64,000 bases of DNA from Deltaproteobacteria bacterium TL4 (lineage in GTDB: Bacteria; SAR324; NAC60-12): the NCBI GenBank assembly GCA_051382335.1, contig JBBCAX010000121.1, positions 1 through 64,000 on the forward strand, in the 5' to 3' direction. Below are positions 46,914-57,800 of the stretch, in pieces. Below the pieces are notes generated by a model that made no database searches, was not told the origin of the DNA, and worked only from the letters and a program-made list of their open reading frames with translations. How positions within the stretch are numbered: the first letter of the stretch is position 1; each line of letters starts with the position of its first letter. The translations under genes were made by a program, and so were the position numbers.

Positions 46914-47705
46914 ATGCAGGTAAACGTTAATAAAAAAGATAAATTTAAATGCGGATTTTCCTTTATGGAAATCATGATTTCCTTAGGCATTATTGGGATT
47001 CTTGCAGGAACAATTGTCCCCTTGTCAACCAAAATGATGTCTAAACTAAACATCACAGCAACTCAAAAAGAACTTCAACGTTTAGAAGAAGGTTTGCTTG
47101 GATACTATCGTAGCTACAGCAAATATCCTTCAAAACTGGAATTATTGTGGACCGATAAAGAAGGACCTTTCGTTTCAGGATCAATTCAGGATTTGTCCAA
47201 AGATGCGTGGGGTGAACCCTATCTTTATTATCAAGGAGAGAAGCCTTATGAAGTGATTATTCGCTCAAAAGGACAAAATCGCAAAATTGCATCAAAACCG
47301 GAGGATCCTCAGGATGATTTAGTGCATATAGTTTCCGCACGTTTAATTCTTGGGGAACAACAAGAAAATACCAAAAAAGCCTCTGACGTATTGATACAGG
47401 CGATGGTTGGGCGGCTTATCATGTTTGATGAGTTGGTAAAAAGTTGCGACCGTTTTTACGACAGGCTTGATCTAAGCAATACGCTTGGGATACAAGGTTT
47501 TTTTAAAAATAATAATAACCTTGGCGATACACGTGTTGTCTGGCGAGAATTACAACGAAAGTGCGATTGTGATAATCAAGATAATGAGGAATGTCCGGCA
47601 ATTTATAGTGAAAATTTTTTAGCTATTCCCGGAAAAGACCCTTGGGGGCATTATTTTCGATGGGATATCAAAAAACATGAGTTTTATAGCACAGGACCCC
47701 GATAA
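46914..47705 (+). CDS. Prepilin-type N-methylation domain protein (GspG-like pseudopilin)
   Basis: G|FSFMEIMISLGIIGILAG class III signal; YY.....YP..L..L, DAWGEPY.Y, IRSKG. Confidence 0.8.
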   Translation: MQVNVNKKDKFKCGFSFMEIMISLGIIGILAGTIVPLSTKMMSKLNITATQKELQRLEEGLLGYYRSYSKYPSKLELLWTDKEGPFVSGSIQDLSKDAWGEPYLYYQGEKPYEVIIRSKGQNRKIASKPEDPQDDLVHIVSARLILGEQQENTKKASDVLIQAMVGRLIMFDELVKSCDRFYDRLDLSNTLGIQGFFKNNNNLGDTRVVWRELQRKCDCDNQDNEECPAIYSENFLAIPGKDPWGHYFRWDIKKHEFYSTGPR

Positions 47706-47725
47706 CCCTTAAAACACAAGCCTGT

Positions 47726-49390
47726 ATGTCAAAAATCTGGAGCCGTAAAAAAAAAATATTGAACGAAATCACAGGACTTGAAACCAGCGAAAACAAGACG
47801 TCTGCTGATTCAGAATATGCGCTTCGTCGATTCCACTCCATCATGGATAAGGCCTCCGATGCCTTTATGATTACTGAAGTCAGGACTGGAACGATTATTG
47901 AGATCAATAAGTCGGCATGTGATCTCCTTGGCTATACACGCAAAGAAATTCTAGACTTAAACAGTAAAGAGCTTGATGTTCTGAACCTAAGAAATCCCAA
48001 ATTGAAGACGTCTGTATTCTCCAGACTCAAAAGCAAACAAGAGATTAACATTTTGCCTCAGTGTATTCAAAAACGCAAGGATGGATCCCTGTTCCCTGTA
48101 GAAGTTTCCATCTCTCAAAAACGCTTTGACCGCAAAGATTATAGGCTAATCGTTTTTAGGGATATCACTGCGAGGAATGAAATGGAGAAAGAACTCCTTA
48201 TTGCAAAAGAGCAAGCCGAAGAAATGAGTTGGTTTAAAACAAACTTCCTGGCCAATATGAGTCATGAAATTCGAACTCCTTTAAATGCGATTCTAGGATT
48301 CGCACACCTCTTACAAGAATCCATGATTCAAGAACGATATCAGGCCTATATTGAACCCATTATTAAAAATGGCCAAAGGCTGCTAAAAACCATCAATAAC
48401 ATCATCGAGCTTTCGAGCCTGGAATCGAAACAATATGAACTCGAACCTATCGAATTGGATCTGAACGAGGAATGTCATTCTATTGTTCACTTAATGACTC
48501 CTCTTGCACAAGAAAAAAAACTCTCTTTGTCCATTGTTTCTAAAAACTCCAACGTCTATGCAAAACTGGACCGAATGGCTTTCAGTAAAATTCTGAATTA
48601 TTTAGTTGGGAACGCTCTTAAATTTACCATTGAAGGAGAAATTAGAGTGGAAGTGGATAGAACTCATGAAGGCAGCGAGGACTGGGCTGTAATTCGAATT
48701 ATCGACACAGGAATAGGCATTAATACCGATTTTGTTTCCCAAATCTTTGAACAATTCATACAGGAAAGCAGTGGCTATAACCGCAAATATGAAGGATCGG
48801 GTTTAGGTTTAAGCATTACGGCGGAACTAATCAAATTGATGAATGGGCATGTGAAGGTTGAAAGTCAGCCTAATGTAGGCTCCATTTTCCAAGTTTATTT
48901 CCCTGCAATGGAACATATTATTTCTTATTCCGCCACAGAAAACAAAGACCTTTGGCGTGATTTTTCGTATGAACTTCCTAAAAATCCTCTGCCTAGAATA
49001 TTACTTGTAGAAAATGATTCGGATTGCCAGGAATTAACCAAATGCTTCATTGAATCTTTTTGCCAGCTTGATATCGTTTCAAACGGGGAGGAAGCCCTTG
49101 AAAAGGCTAAAAGCAAACAATATGAGGTTGTTCTATTAGATATCAATTTAGGTACGGGAATCGACGGGAGAGAGGTCACCAGACAATTGCGAAAGATGCC
49201 TGACTATCAAAACACTTCAATCATTGCACTGACCGCATATGCGATGAAAGGTGATAAAAAGCAATTTTTGAAGGAAGGTATGAATGACTACCTTTCTAAA
49301 CCCTACTCCAAGCAGCATCTCGTCCTTTTGATCAAACGACTGCTTAAAGAGAGGAAAAAAAGCTTGAAAAACCTTGATAAATCCGCATAA
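47726..49390 (+). CDS. Hybrid sensor histidine kinase (PAS-HisKA-HATPase-REC)
   Basis: RKDGSLFPVEV, FLANMSHEIRTPLN, NALKFT, DTGIGI, GSGLGL; receiver LLDI, ALTA, KP. Confidence 0.95.
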   Translation: MSKIWSRKKKILNEITGLETSENKTSADSEYALRRFHSIMDKASDAFMITEVRTGTIIEINKSACDLLGYTRKEILDLNSKELDVLNLRNPKLKTSVFSRLKSKQEINILPQCIQKRKDGSLFPVEVSISQKRFDRKDYRLIVFRDITARNEMEKELLIAKEQAEEMSWFKTNFLANMSHEIRTPLNAILGFAHLLQESMIQERYQAYIEPIIKNGQRLLKTINNIIELSSLESKQYELEPIELDLNEECHSIVHLMTPLAQEKKLSLSIVSKNSNVYAKLDRMAFSKILNYLVGNALKFTIEGEIRVEVDRTHEGSEDWAVIRIIDTGIGINTDFVSQIFEQFIQESSGYNRKYEGSGLGLSITAELIKLMNGHVKVESQPNVGSIFQVYFPAMEHIISYSATENKDLWRDFSYELPKNPLPRILLVENDSDCQELTKCFIESFCQLDIVSNGEEALEKAKSKQYEVVLLDINLGTGIDGREVTRQLRKMPDYQNTSIIALTAYAMKGDKKQFLKEGMNDYLSKPYSKQHLVLLIKRLLKERKKSLKNLDKSA

Positions 49391-49577
49391 GTAAGTCCTT
49401 TATAGAAGTGAGTCGAGTGACTCAAGCCTTGGTGGTTTATTCTTTGTGATTCTTTATGGCTGCGTCATTACGATTTTTTTGACTTCTTTAGTGATTTTAT
49501 GTAAACAGGGTATAGTTGTTCTAACTGCGTAGGCTGGAGCCGTTCTTGTATTGTTAATTTTACATGGTGCGTTCATC

Positions 49578-49994
49578 ATGATTGACCTTCGAACTGAAAT
49601 TCGAAATAATGAAGATGAAGAGGAAACCCCTCAGATTCAGGTTGAACATTGTGTTGTTGATGGAATTGAGTTGTTTCGACTTGCGGGCGTTCTGATTCAT
49701 AAGACAACAAGAGAAGTCAAAGAACTTATTCTTCCAACACTTAACAAGCCCTCCGTGACAAACGTGGTCATAAGTTTTAGCGAAGTGACGGCCTTGGATT
49801 CGTCAGGGATTGGAACCATGATTTTGTTTTACCGTGTGATGCGCGCTCGTGGGGCTAACATTGTGTTTTGCGACTTTGGCAGAAACCTTATGCGTCTCAT
49901 GCGGATGGGGCAACTCCATGAAATACTGTCTTTGTGGGATACCGAAGAAAAGGCCTTCGCTCACTTCCAATCAACATTCGTTGAGCACACATAA
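49578..49994 (+). CDS. STAS-domain anti-sigma factor antagonist
   Basis: V..LDSSGIG motif. Start ATG 49578 preferred. Confidence 0.85.
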   Translation: MIDLRTEIRNNEDEEETPQIQVEHCVVDGIELFRLAGVLIHKTTREVKELILPTLNKPSVTNVVISFSEVTALDSSGIGTMILFYRVMRARGANIVFCDFGRNLMRLMRMGQLHEILSLWDTEEKAFAHFQSTFVEHT

Positions 49995-50019
49995 AGAAGC
50001 CAACCCAAGCTCCCCTAAT

Positions 50020-50199
50020 TTAGTTATAAATTTCCTCACGCTTGTGATCTTTTCTGCTTTTTTTTGCAAAAAGATCCGATATTTTCGTCTCCCTCTTTGT
50101 TTGAGTAATGTCTCGTAACACTGAAATTTTCATTTCTAAAGCGAATACGACGACTACCATACAAATGATAACATAGGGTATGATTTCATAAAACTGCAT
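50020..50199 (-). CDS. Small single-pass membrane protein
   Basis: MQFYEIIPYVIICMVVVVFALE... preceded by AAGGTG. Confidence 0.45.
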   Translation of the reverse strand: MQFYEIIPYVIICMVVVVFALEMKISVLRDITQTKRETKISDLFAKKSRKDHKREEIYN

Positions 50200-50412
50200 G
50201 GCCAACACCTTTTAGAACTTTGAAAATGGGGAAAAATGCAAAGTAAGCTACTTCATAAACGCCATATTTTAGACGGAAACTGCTAAGCAATTTCCTCTCA
50301 TCACCTAAGAAGGGAGACGAATTAACGGTGCCCAGTATCCTGGGAATCGGAGTAAAAGTCAAAATATTTTTGTGCAAGTGCGAACAAAACTTGCTAATTA
50401 TGTGAAAAAAAT

Positions 50413-50705
50413 AGCTCTTCGATATTTCCCGTGGTTTTTGAATGAGTATAAATACAATTAAATCAATGTATTACAAAATATGCGAAATTTGAGAGATGCC
50501 AAAACGAGTCAGATTTTTATCGTATTTTACATAGCAGGATCACCTATATCTCTCGCATATTGCCACTTTCTAGGTAATTCAATGTTATCTAAACCCAAAA
50601 AGTTTGTTTCAAACATACATTCTGACCTGGTTGTATTTCTTTAATTCTCTTTATATATCAGCTAGATAATCAATAATCCATGACCACGGGAAATATCGAA
50701 GAGCC
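50413..50705. mobile_element. 293-bp ISL3-like MITE
   Basis: TIR (A/G)GCTCTTCGATATTTCCCGTGGT (22/23), 8-bp TSD AAAAAAAT (50405-50412 / 50706-50713). GGCTCT ends with an 8-bp AT-rich TSD are typical of ISL3. Confidence 0.85.
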
Positions 50706-50912
50706 AAAAAAATAGCTATATTTTTTTGCGATTGCACAGTATTTAGTTCCCTTTTTTAAATTATTTTTGGGCCATAGGTTTCCGAAACTGTTACATTATT
50801 GCCAATTACAGCTTTACACAGTGAAAACTTTCTTATAAAGAATTTGTTATACTTCGATTAATTTTTCACAGTAGGTGCTTATTTAATAAACGGATTATGC
50901 GGGAGGAAATGA

Positions 50913-51629
50913 ATGTCCTATGTGATGGCTAATCCCCTTTCCAAAAAGTTGGGAGATCAAGTATTTCAATTAATAGCAGAGGTTCGAAAAACCCCTAGTA
51001 GTGGTGTACATACAGAGGAAATTGCTGACGTGATCAGTCAAATTACAGAAGCTTCATTACATTTTTATTTTGTGCAACCATTGGAACTGATGAACGTAGG
51101 GAGTTTCGGTAAAAATTTGGTACTTTTGGGAATTAATACAGGTCTGGGGCTTACAACGACAACGGTTAGGAAACTTTTTAAAACCCTTTCTAAAGAGCAG
51201 TTACTGCAATTTACAGATTGGGTTGAAGCAATGGTTCGTTATGGAAAGAATGAGGAGTATATCCTTGCCTGCCCTGTGAGCGCAGAAGAAGCGCAGAAAA
51301 TATTCGCTGTTGTCAAAACGATTCGTACTGACACGGTTCAAGGGAAACATACAGAATACATCGTGAGGGTTATCGTTGAAATGTCAGAAGTTTCGCTTCA
51401 CTTTTTTGCAATCAGTCCCTTGGATTTTTTAAATATTGGAAATTTTGGTAGAAAAATCGTGAATATGGCGGTTAATACTGGAGTTGGCTTGATACGAATG
51501 ACGGCAAAAAAATTAATTCATAAACTTCCAGAGCGAGATTTACTCACAATGGTCAGTTTTATGGAAGGACTTCTATGTCCAATAGAAGCTTTTGAACAAT
51601 CACAACAACCTGCGATGGCCATGCATTAA
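50913..51629 (+). CDS. Hypothetical protein made of two ~110-aa internal repeats
   Basis: Strong SD GGGAGG; duplicated SLHF...PL....G.FG...V....NTG.GL motif. Confidence 0.75.
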   Translation: MSYVMANPLSKKLGDQVFQLIAEVRKTPSSGVHTEEIADVISQITEASLHFYFVQPLELMNVGSFGKNLVLLGINTGLGLTTTTVRKLFKTLSKEQLLQFTDWVEAMVRYGKNEEYILACPVSAEEAQKIFAVVKTIRTDTVQGKHTEYIVRVIVEMSEVSLHFFAISPLDFLNIGNFGRKIVNMAVNTGVGLIRMTAKKLIHKLPERDLLTMVSFMEGLLCPIEAFEQSQQPAMAMH

Positions 51630-51746
51630 GAGCTGAGGACTGTACATTGACGGATACCATGTATATACTCCGGTAACAGAACAGGATTAAAGTCTCCGCG
51701 CCCAAAAACGGAAGGCAACACTCAGCGTAAGTTTTAGGAGAACTCG

Positions 51747-52112
51747 ATGATTCGACTTTCACATCATATGCGTGATGGAATTTGTATAATAGCCGTGGAA
51801 GGAAATATAATCGGAAAAGATTCGATCAACTTCCAAAATTACACAATCCCTTTTGTAAAAAATCGGGATATTCAGGGCATAGTCATTAACCTCGAACACT
51901 CAGCATTCATGGATTCTTCAGGCATAGGGATTGTTGCCAAGCTTCTCAGTTCCTTAAGGACAAGAAACGCTAAACTGGTTTTATGTGGTTTGAATGAAAA
52001 GTTTAATGAAATACTCGACATTGTCGGATTAAAACCATTGTTCAACATCTGTAGTACTGAGGAAGACGCCATCAATCATATTCTCATTGCCATAGAATTA
52101 GGGGGGGGATGA
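51747..52112 (+). CDS. STAS-domain anti-sigma factor antagonist
   Basis: INLE...FMDSSGIG, LVLCGL, ILDIVGL..LF...TEEDA; SD AGGAG. Confidence 0.9.
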   Translation: MIRLSHHMRDGICIIAVEGNIIGKDSINFQNYTIPFVKNRDIQGIVINLEHSAFMDSSGIGIVAKLLSSLRTRNAKLVLCGLNEKFNEILDIVGLKPLFNICSTEEDAINHILIAIELGGG

Positions 52113-52660
52113 TCTATCTGGTGAGTTCAAACCAAAATAAATTTAGGGAACTACAAGAACTGTTACCCGTTCCGCTCGAGTTGGTTGACTTAGAACTGTC
52201 TGAACTTCAAACCACCAATTTAAGGGCATTAATAGAGAACAAGCTTAAACAGGCCTATCACAAAATACAAAACCCCGTTATTGTTGAAGATACCTCTTTG
52301 TTTTTTAATGTTTGGAATGAACTTCCTGGGCCTTTAATCAAGTGGTTTACCAAGAATATGGGTTTGGAAGGACTTGTAACAGCGTTGTCTTCATTTCAGG
52401 ATAAATCAGCGTATGCGGTTTGTTGCTTAGGTTATACCCAAGATGGCGAAAACTTTCATTTTTTTGAAGGCCGAATCCATGGAGAAATCGTATTCCCGAG
52501 AGGAATCCAAGGGTTTGGATGGGATCGTATTTTTGTTCCTGAGGGAACCTCACAAACCTTTGCAGAGATGTCAACGACAGAAAAACATCAAATTTCCATG
52601 AGAAAACGAGCCGCAATGCCTTTCAAGCATTTTTTAGCGCAGCAGGAAGAGCAAAGGTAA
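52109..52660 (+). CDS. Non-canonical purine NTP pyrophosphatase (Ham1/RdgB/ITPase family)
   Basis: SSNQNK.RE, ELQ, VEDTSL, LPGPLIKWF, FGWD.IF, TFAEM...K..ISMR. Confidence 0.92.
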   Translation: MIYLVSSNQNKFRELQELLPVPLELVDLELSELQTTNLRALIENKLKQAYHKIQNPVIVEDTSLFFNVWNELPGPLIKWFTKNMGLEGLVTALSSFQDKSAYAVCCLGYTQDGENFHFFEGRIHGEIVFPRGIQGFGWDRIFVPEGTSQTFAEMSTTEKHQISMRKRAAMPFKHFLAQQEEQR

Positions 52661-53576
52661 CATCTTCTTTTACAAGCGTTAACTCCTCAATAGAACTGTC
52701 TTCGACCATTTGCTGTAACTTTGTTACGATCCCCTGGACAATGTCTTCCGGAGCTGAGGCACCTGCGGTGATGCCCACTTGATAAACATTTTCGAACCAT
52801 TCGGACTGTAATTGATCCGCAGATTCAATTCTCTTGGCGGTAACCCCCATCGCTTTAGCAACTTCAACGAGTCTAACCGTGTTCGAACTGTTTGGCGCAC
52901 CCACCACCAAAACCAAATCGACTTGCGCAGCAAGTGCTTTTACCGCATTTTGTCGATTTTGAGTCGCATAACATATATCCTCCTTTTTGGGACCCACAAT
53001 ATGAGGAAACCGTTTTTTTAAAGCCCTAATAATTTCACGGGTATCATCTAAGGAAAGCGTGGTTTGTGTCAAGTAGGCAACAGGCCTGTTAGGCTCAATC
53101 TCCAAGGCCTCTACCTGTTCTACATTACTCACTACCACCATCCGGTCTGGAGCTTCTCCGAGGGTCCCTTTGACTTCCACATGGTCTCTGTGTCCGATGA
53201 GAATAATCAGGAACCCCTCGTCAGCATAATGTTTTGCTTCAGTGTGAACTTTAGTTACAAGAGGACAGGTTGCATCGAGAACTTCAAGTTTCAATTGTTT
53301 TGCTTTTGTACGAACTTCTGGAGAGACCCCGTGTGCGGAAAAGATTAAATGGGATTCCTGGGGCACCTCCTCCAGGTTTTCTATGAAAATCACGCCTTGC
53401 TTCCTCAAACGTTCAACGACATGGGGATTATGAACGATTTCATGCCGCACATAAATAGGCGGTCCATAAAGCGCCAAGGCTTTTTCCACAATCGTGATAG
53501 CTCGGTCAACTCCCGCACAAAAACCTCGAGGACTGGCTAAATGTAATTTTAATTGTGAACTTTTTAAAATCTCCAT
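52623..53576 (-). CDS. ispH: 4-hydroxy-3-methylbut-2-enyl diphosphate reductase
   Basis: PRGFCAGV, IVHN, SAHG, DATCPLV, H.EV.G, QTT, DICYATQNRQ, NSSN, TAGASAP. Confidence 0.97.
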   Translation of the reverse strand: MEILKSSQLKLHLASPRGFCAGVDRAITIVEKALALYGPPIYVRHEIVHNPHVVERLRKQGVIFIENLEEVPQESHLIFSAHGVSPEVRTKAKQLKLEVLDATCPLVTKVHTEAKHYADEGFLIILIGHRDHVEVKGTLGEAPDRMVVVSNVEQVEALEIEPNRPVAYLTQTTLSLDDTREIIRALKKRFPHIVGPKKEDICYATQNRQNAVKALAAQVDLVLVVGAPNSSNTVRLVEVAKAMGVTAKRIESADQLQSEWFENVYQVGITAGASAPEDIVQGIVTKLQQMVEDSSIEELTLVKEDVTFALPAALKNA

Positions 53577-53840
53577 AAATTCCTTTTTGGCTGAATCTAA
53601 AAGTAAATAGCAATGTTTTCAATAAGTTAAATTGAATGGCGAAAGCACTGAGTCCCTTTGGCTGTAAAATCTAAACAAAGAAAACTGGAAACTGAGCGCA
53701 TCAACTTGACGGTTCATCCACTTTTTAGTATGAGTATAACTAATTCTCAAGCATATTGAGAAACTGAAGCTTTAATTCAGGATGCCTGAGGTTTTATTTC
53801 TTCAGGGATTAACTAGTTCATCCATCTAGGGAGTTCTTCA

Positions 53841-54071
53841 ATGGTGCGGTTGCTTATACTTTTGGGAATTTTTGTTGTATCCTTTTCGGTAATTTTTGTT
53901 CCAGGATATATTCTGTTTTCTCCTCCTGAAACGCTAGTTCAAACAGGGGAATCGGCATCCATTGGAGATTCCTCTAATCGTGATATTCCTGCCGCTCCGG
54001 GCGTTGAGCCTGGTGTTGAATCTGTTATGAAGCCGCCTTCATTAGATTCGGCACCTAAAGAAAAAAACTAA
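53841..54071 (+). CDS. Small bitopic membrane protein
   Basis: SD GGGGAG; N-terminal TM followed by a Pro/Ser-rich tail. Confidence 0.55.
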   Translation: MVRLLILLGIFVVSFSVIFVPGYILFSPPETLVQTGESASIGDSSNRDIPAAPGVEPGVESVMKPPSLDSAPKEKN

Positions 54072-54109
54072 CGTTTGTATTAATGTTCACAATTTTACGA
54101 GAGTCACTT

Positions 54110-54442
54110 ATGTCTATTCATGTTAGTTTTAAACAAATAAAACACTCTACCGCTGTTACCGAACATATCAACGAACTCATGAAAGAGTTGGTAAAAGTTA
54201 CGGATGACCGTTTTCCTTTCCATGTAAATCTAATCAAAGATAGCGAGGAGACGCATACCGTTGTGATTAACTGCAATTATAAAGATAAGGCCTTGGTCAG
54301 TAAAGCAACACATGCCAATCTCTATAGAGCCATTTCAAAGAGTGTTGACTCAATGAAAACTCAAGTTATTAAAAAAGTAAATAAAACAAGAGATAAGGCT
54401 CGAAACGAAGATAAAGAACCGGAAGAAATCCCAGAAATTTAA
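54110..54442 (+). CDS. Ribosome hibernation promoting factor HPF/RaiA-like protein (divergent)
   Basis: MSIHVSFKQI..S.A...HI.E...L.K ... A...NLY.AI...VD.M..Q..K...K.RD pattern. Confidence 0.65.
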   Translation: MSIHVSFKQIKHSTAVTEHINELMKELVKVTDDRFPFHVNLIKDSEETHTVVINCNYKDKALVSKATHANLYRAISKSVDSMKTQVIKKVNKTRDKARNEDKEPEEIPEI

Positions 54443-54812
54443 GAAGATAGCATTTGTTTCAATGCTGCTTTTTTGGGGACAGGGCAAATAAAACTTTTTC
54501 CTTTTGCTTGTCTTTTATTCTGATTTATTTGTTCTTTGAAAGCTGACATATGACTCGTATGTAAGCGTTCAAACACCTTTGGAATCCGAACTAAAACCCG
54601 CATAACTTGAGAAAGTGATATTTTGCCCCCCATGATGTTAGAAGCAGCAGTGTCGCCTACTCCGTGATGGAAAGACTCGTAGTGTCTTGATTTGAAGAAA
54701 ACAGTGACGTTTGCATGAAGTTTGAAAGAACTCTTATTGACAGAAAGTTTTTTTTATCTGTCCAAAGTATGGATTTGATATAACAACGCTTCGTTTCACG
54801 CTTGATTCTATC

Positions 54813-57800
54813 ATGGCAAGTAACACTCTGAGAAAACTGACCATCGCATTCATTGCAACGGTAGTCACCGGTGCTTTTGCCTTAGCTGTGATTGTATTTG
54901 GTCTTACGGCTCTTACCGCGTGGATCTCCAAACATCCGGATGAGTACCTTCCGCTCCTGACTCCCTTCATCAAAAAACACACGGGTCTCAACGTGAGGCT
55001 TGGGGAATTTCATGTTAATACCGAGGCCTTAAGTGCTTTAAATATTAAGGCTCGTCATATCATCGTGTTTTCTGAAGATGGTGTGACTCCCGTTTTAAAA
55101 TTGGAGACTCTGTCATTTTTTTGTGATGCCTCACTTTTTTATAAAGGGCGTTTTGTTTTTGACAAAGTTCTGGTTGACGCCCTGGATTTAACGTTGAACT
55201 TTTCAGAAGATGGCAAAATTTTATTAGGGGATATTGCGCTCGTTTCCGCCACGCCCTCCAAAAGTTCTGGTGCGTTAAATCTGATCCACATTGTATTGGA
55301 TCAGTTCAATTTGGTTAACGCGCATGTTCAGGTCAATTTTCCTAAGACCTGGAAGATCCCCACCTTCAATATCAATGACATTCAAGGAAATATCTATTGG
55401 ACCTCTTTACAAAAACATTTTGAACTCAAGATGGCTGTGGAGTGGGGGGGCGATTCAGGGACACTGCAGGCGAGTGCCAAGGGCGATGGTGAGCGTTGGA
55501 ACGGTGTTTATCAACTAAAGGATTTTCCACTTCATCAGTTGGTTATCCCCAAAGTCCAGGGAATGTTCGACGAAATCCCTGTCAAGGGACTCTTGGGAAT
55601 CAACGGAAAAATGGTGAGTGTTGATTTTTTGGAATGGGAATCGCATTTTGATTGGAATATTACCCAAGGCCAGTTACTCAGTTCTCGCTTCCCAAAGGGC
55701 CAAATGCCGCTTGAGACCTTCAAAGGAAAAGGAGATCTGATGTCGAGTGGGGGACTGAGTAGTTTCAACATCGGTGTGGAGCCGTTAGCATTTCCCTTTG
55801 GTAATTTTACGTTGCAATCCCAATTGACGCTCAGACCAGACCAACCGCCATTAATCACCATGAGGGGAAAATCGTCAAAGTGGAAAATTGAAAAAACCAT
55901 TCCCTATCTTACCGCTTTTTTTCCAAAGAGTGCGGCGGCGTGGATACGTCAACAGGTTCATTCCGGGACCATCACTTCTCTGGCGTTAACACTCGACCTG
56001 AATCTCAAGGAAAGCTATAAAACCCTGGATGAAATTCTTCAATTTTCGGTTAGCGGAGAACTTTCGGATGTTTCACTCACTCCGTTTGAGGGGATACCTG
56101 TCATCACCAAAGGAGCCGCATCATTTAAAGCGGATCTCGCAGGGCTTTCGATGAATTTTAAAACAGGACAAATGCCTGGTGTTCAAATCGAAGGCGGTAC
56201 TTTGAAATTAGGATACGGTGAAAATACGATTCCAATGCACATTAACGCCTTTGGACAAGGTGAGGGTGCTCAGGCATGGCCAGAATTCAGGACGATGTGG
56301 AACGCAACGCTGCCATGGTTAAATCAACTTGAGTTTGAGGGCAGAATCAACGCTGATTTTACTCTGGATACTCCGGATCTAAGTGGTCCTGACTCGCTGG
56401 ACCTGGTGATTAAACTCCAACCACTTGAAGCTAAAGCAATGTTTCATCTCCCTAAATGGACTTATCAACTTACGGAGATAGGGGGGGAACTTTTGATCAC
56501 ACTCAAACACCTTCAATGGACGGAGTTAAAGTTCCGTCTAGATGAAATTTCAGGAACCTCTAACGGCATTTTTCCACTTGATGACAGAGAACCGTTGATC
56601 AAGCTTCAACTGCTACACCTTGAGTCCTTATTTCCCTATTACGAGGATCCCGATCATGAAATGTCTCACTGGTTTCCTGAAAAACTGAACGCTTCCTTGA
56701 CAGTTAAGCAAGACAACCTTGCAAACGGTCAAAAAGGCCCCTGGGAATTTGAGTTACTCACAGAAGACTCGAGTCAGCAGCAATTGCAGGTGAATATGGA
56801 GGTTGAGGGGGATCGTTTTAAAATAACTAATGCTAATGGCGATATTGGACAGTTTCACCTTCAGGGACAACTTAATCTGGACCAGAATAAGGGCAAAACT
56901 GTTTTGCAAATGGGGTCGCTTTTCCATCCCAACACCTCCGTTTCTTGTCAGTGGGAAAATCAGTCTGCTTTGATTGAATTGGAAACTGAAAAATTCATAT
57001 TTGAAGAGTGGCAATCATGGAAAATACCACTCAATTTAACTAAATTAATACCTCCCTCCTCCAATGATTCTCAAAGCTCTGATTTTTCAGGATCTTTTTT
57101 TATTAAAGAATTGCAGTTTAATTTGAATATCAATCAATTATACTTTTTTGATCAAGCGCATTTTCCTGTCGTCGTCACAGGTTTTCTAAATCTGGAGGAA
57201 CCCTTTCATTTCAACTTATCGCATTTTCAAATAGGATCGGATCAGGGAAACGCCCAATATACTGGAAATTTGCAGTCGGGACAACTGGCACTAAATTTAA
57301 CGTCCCTTGATGTTCCCTATTGGTTAAACAAATTAGCGGCTCAAAACAAGCACCCCAAACCCACCAATAAAAACATTTCCGAGTCAAAAATCGAAGCTGC
57401 GAGTGATTCGGAAAATCAGGGTTCCCCGGCAAAAGAATTTAAAGTTTCACTGAAAATAGAAAAACTGAAACTTCCTGGAAATCGTCCGAATTCTTTTGAA
57501 AGTGAAATCCATCTTTATTTTGATGAGGGGACAATCGAAGCCAACATAGATCCCTTCCGGTATGGGTCCCAATCTTTGCAGGCTCAGGTAGTTTATACCG
57601 ATAATCTGCTGGATATTTCTCTGGACAACGGAAAAATTTCCGTCCTTCCTTGGTTAAACTTAGCGAGAGCATGGCCCCCCAGTTCGTCACAATCCGCACC
57701 AACCGCCTCTCAACCCAGCCTTCTCAAAAGAATTCAGTTGAATATCCAAATAGAAAATTTAGTGGTTGCGGAAACCTTAAAGCTGCCCTTATACTTGACC

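Noticed and set aside
54439..54720. Minus-strand ORF as a transposase remnant or small gene
   Set aside because: No diagnostic motif, TIR or convincing start.
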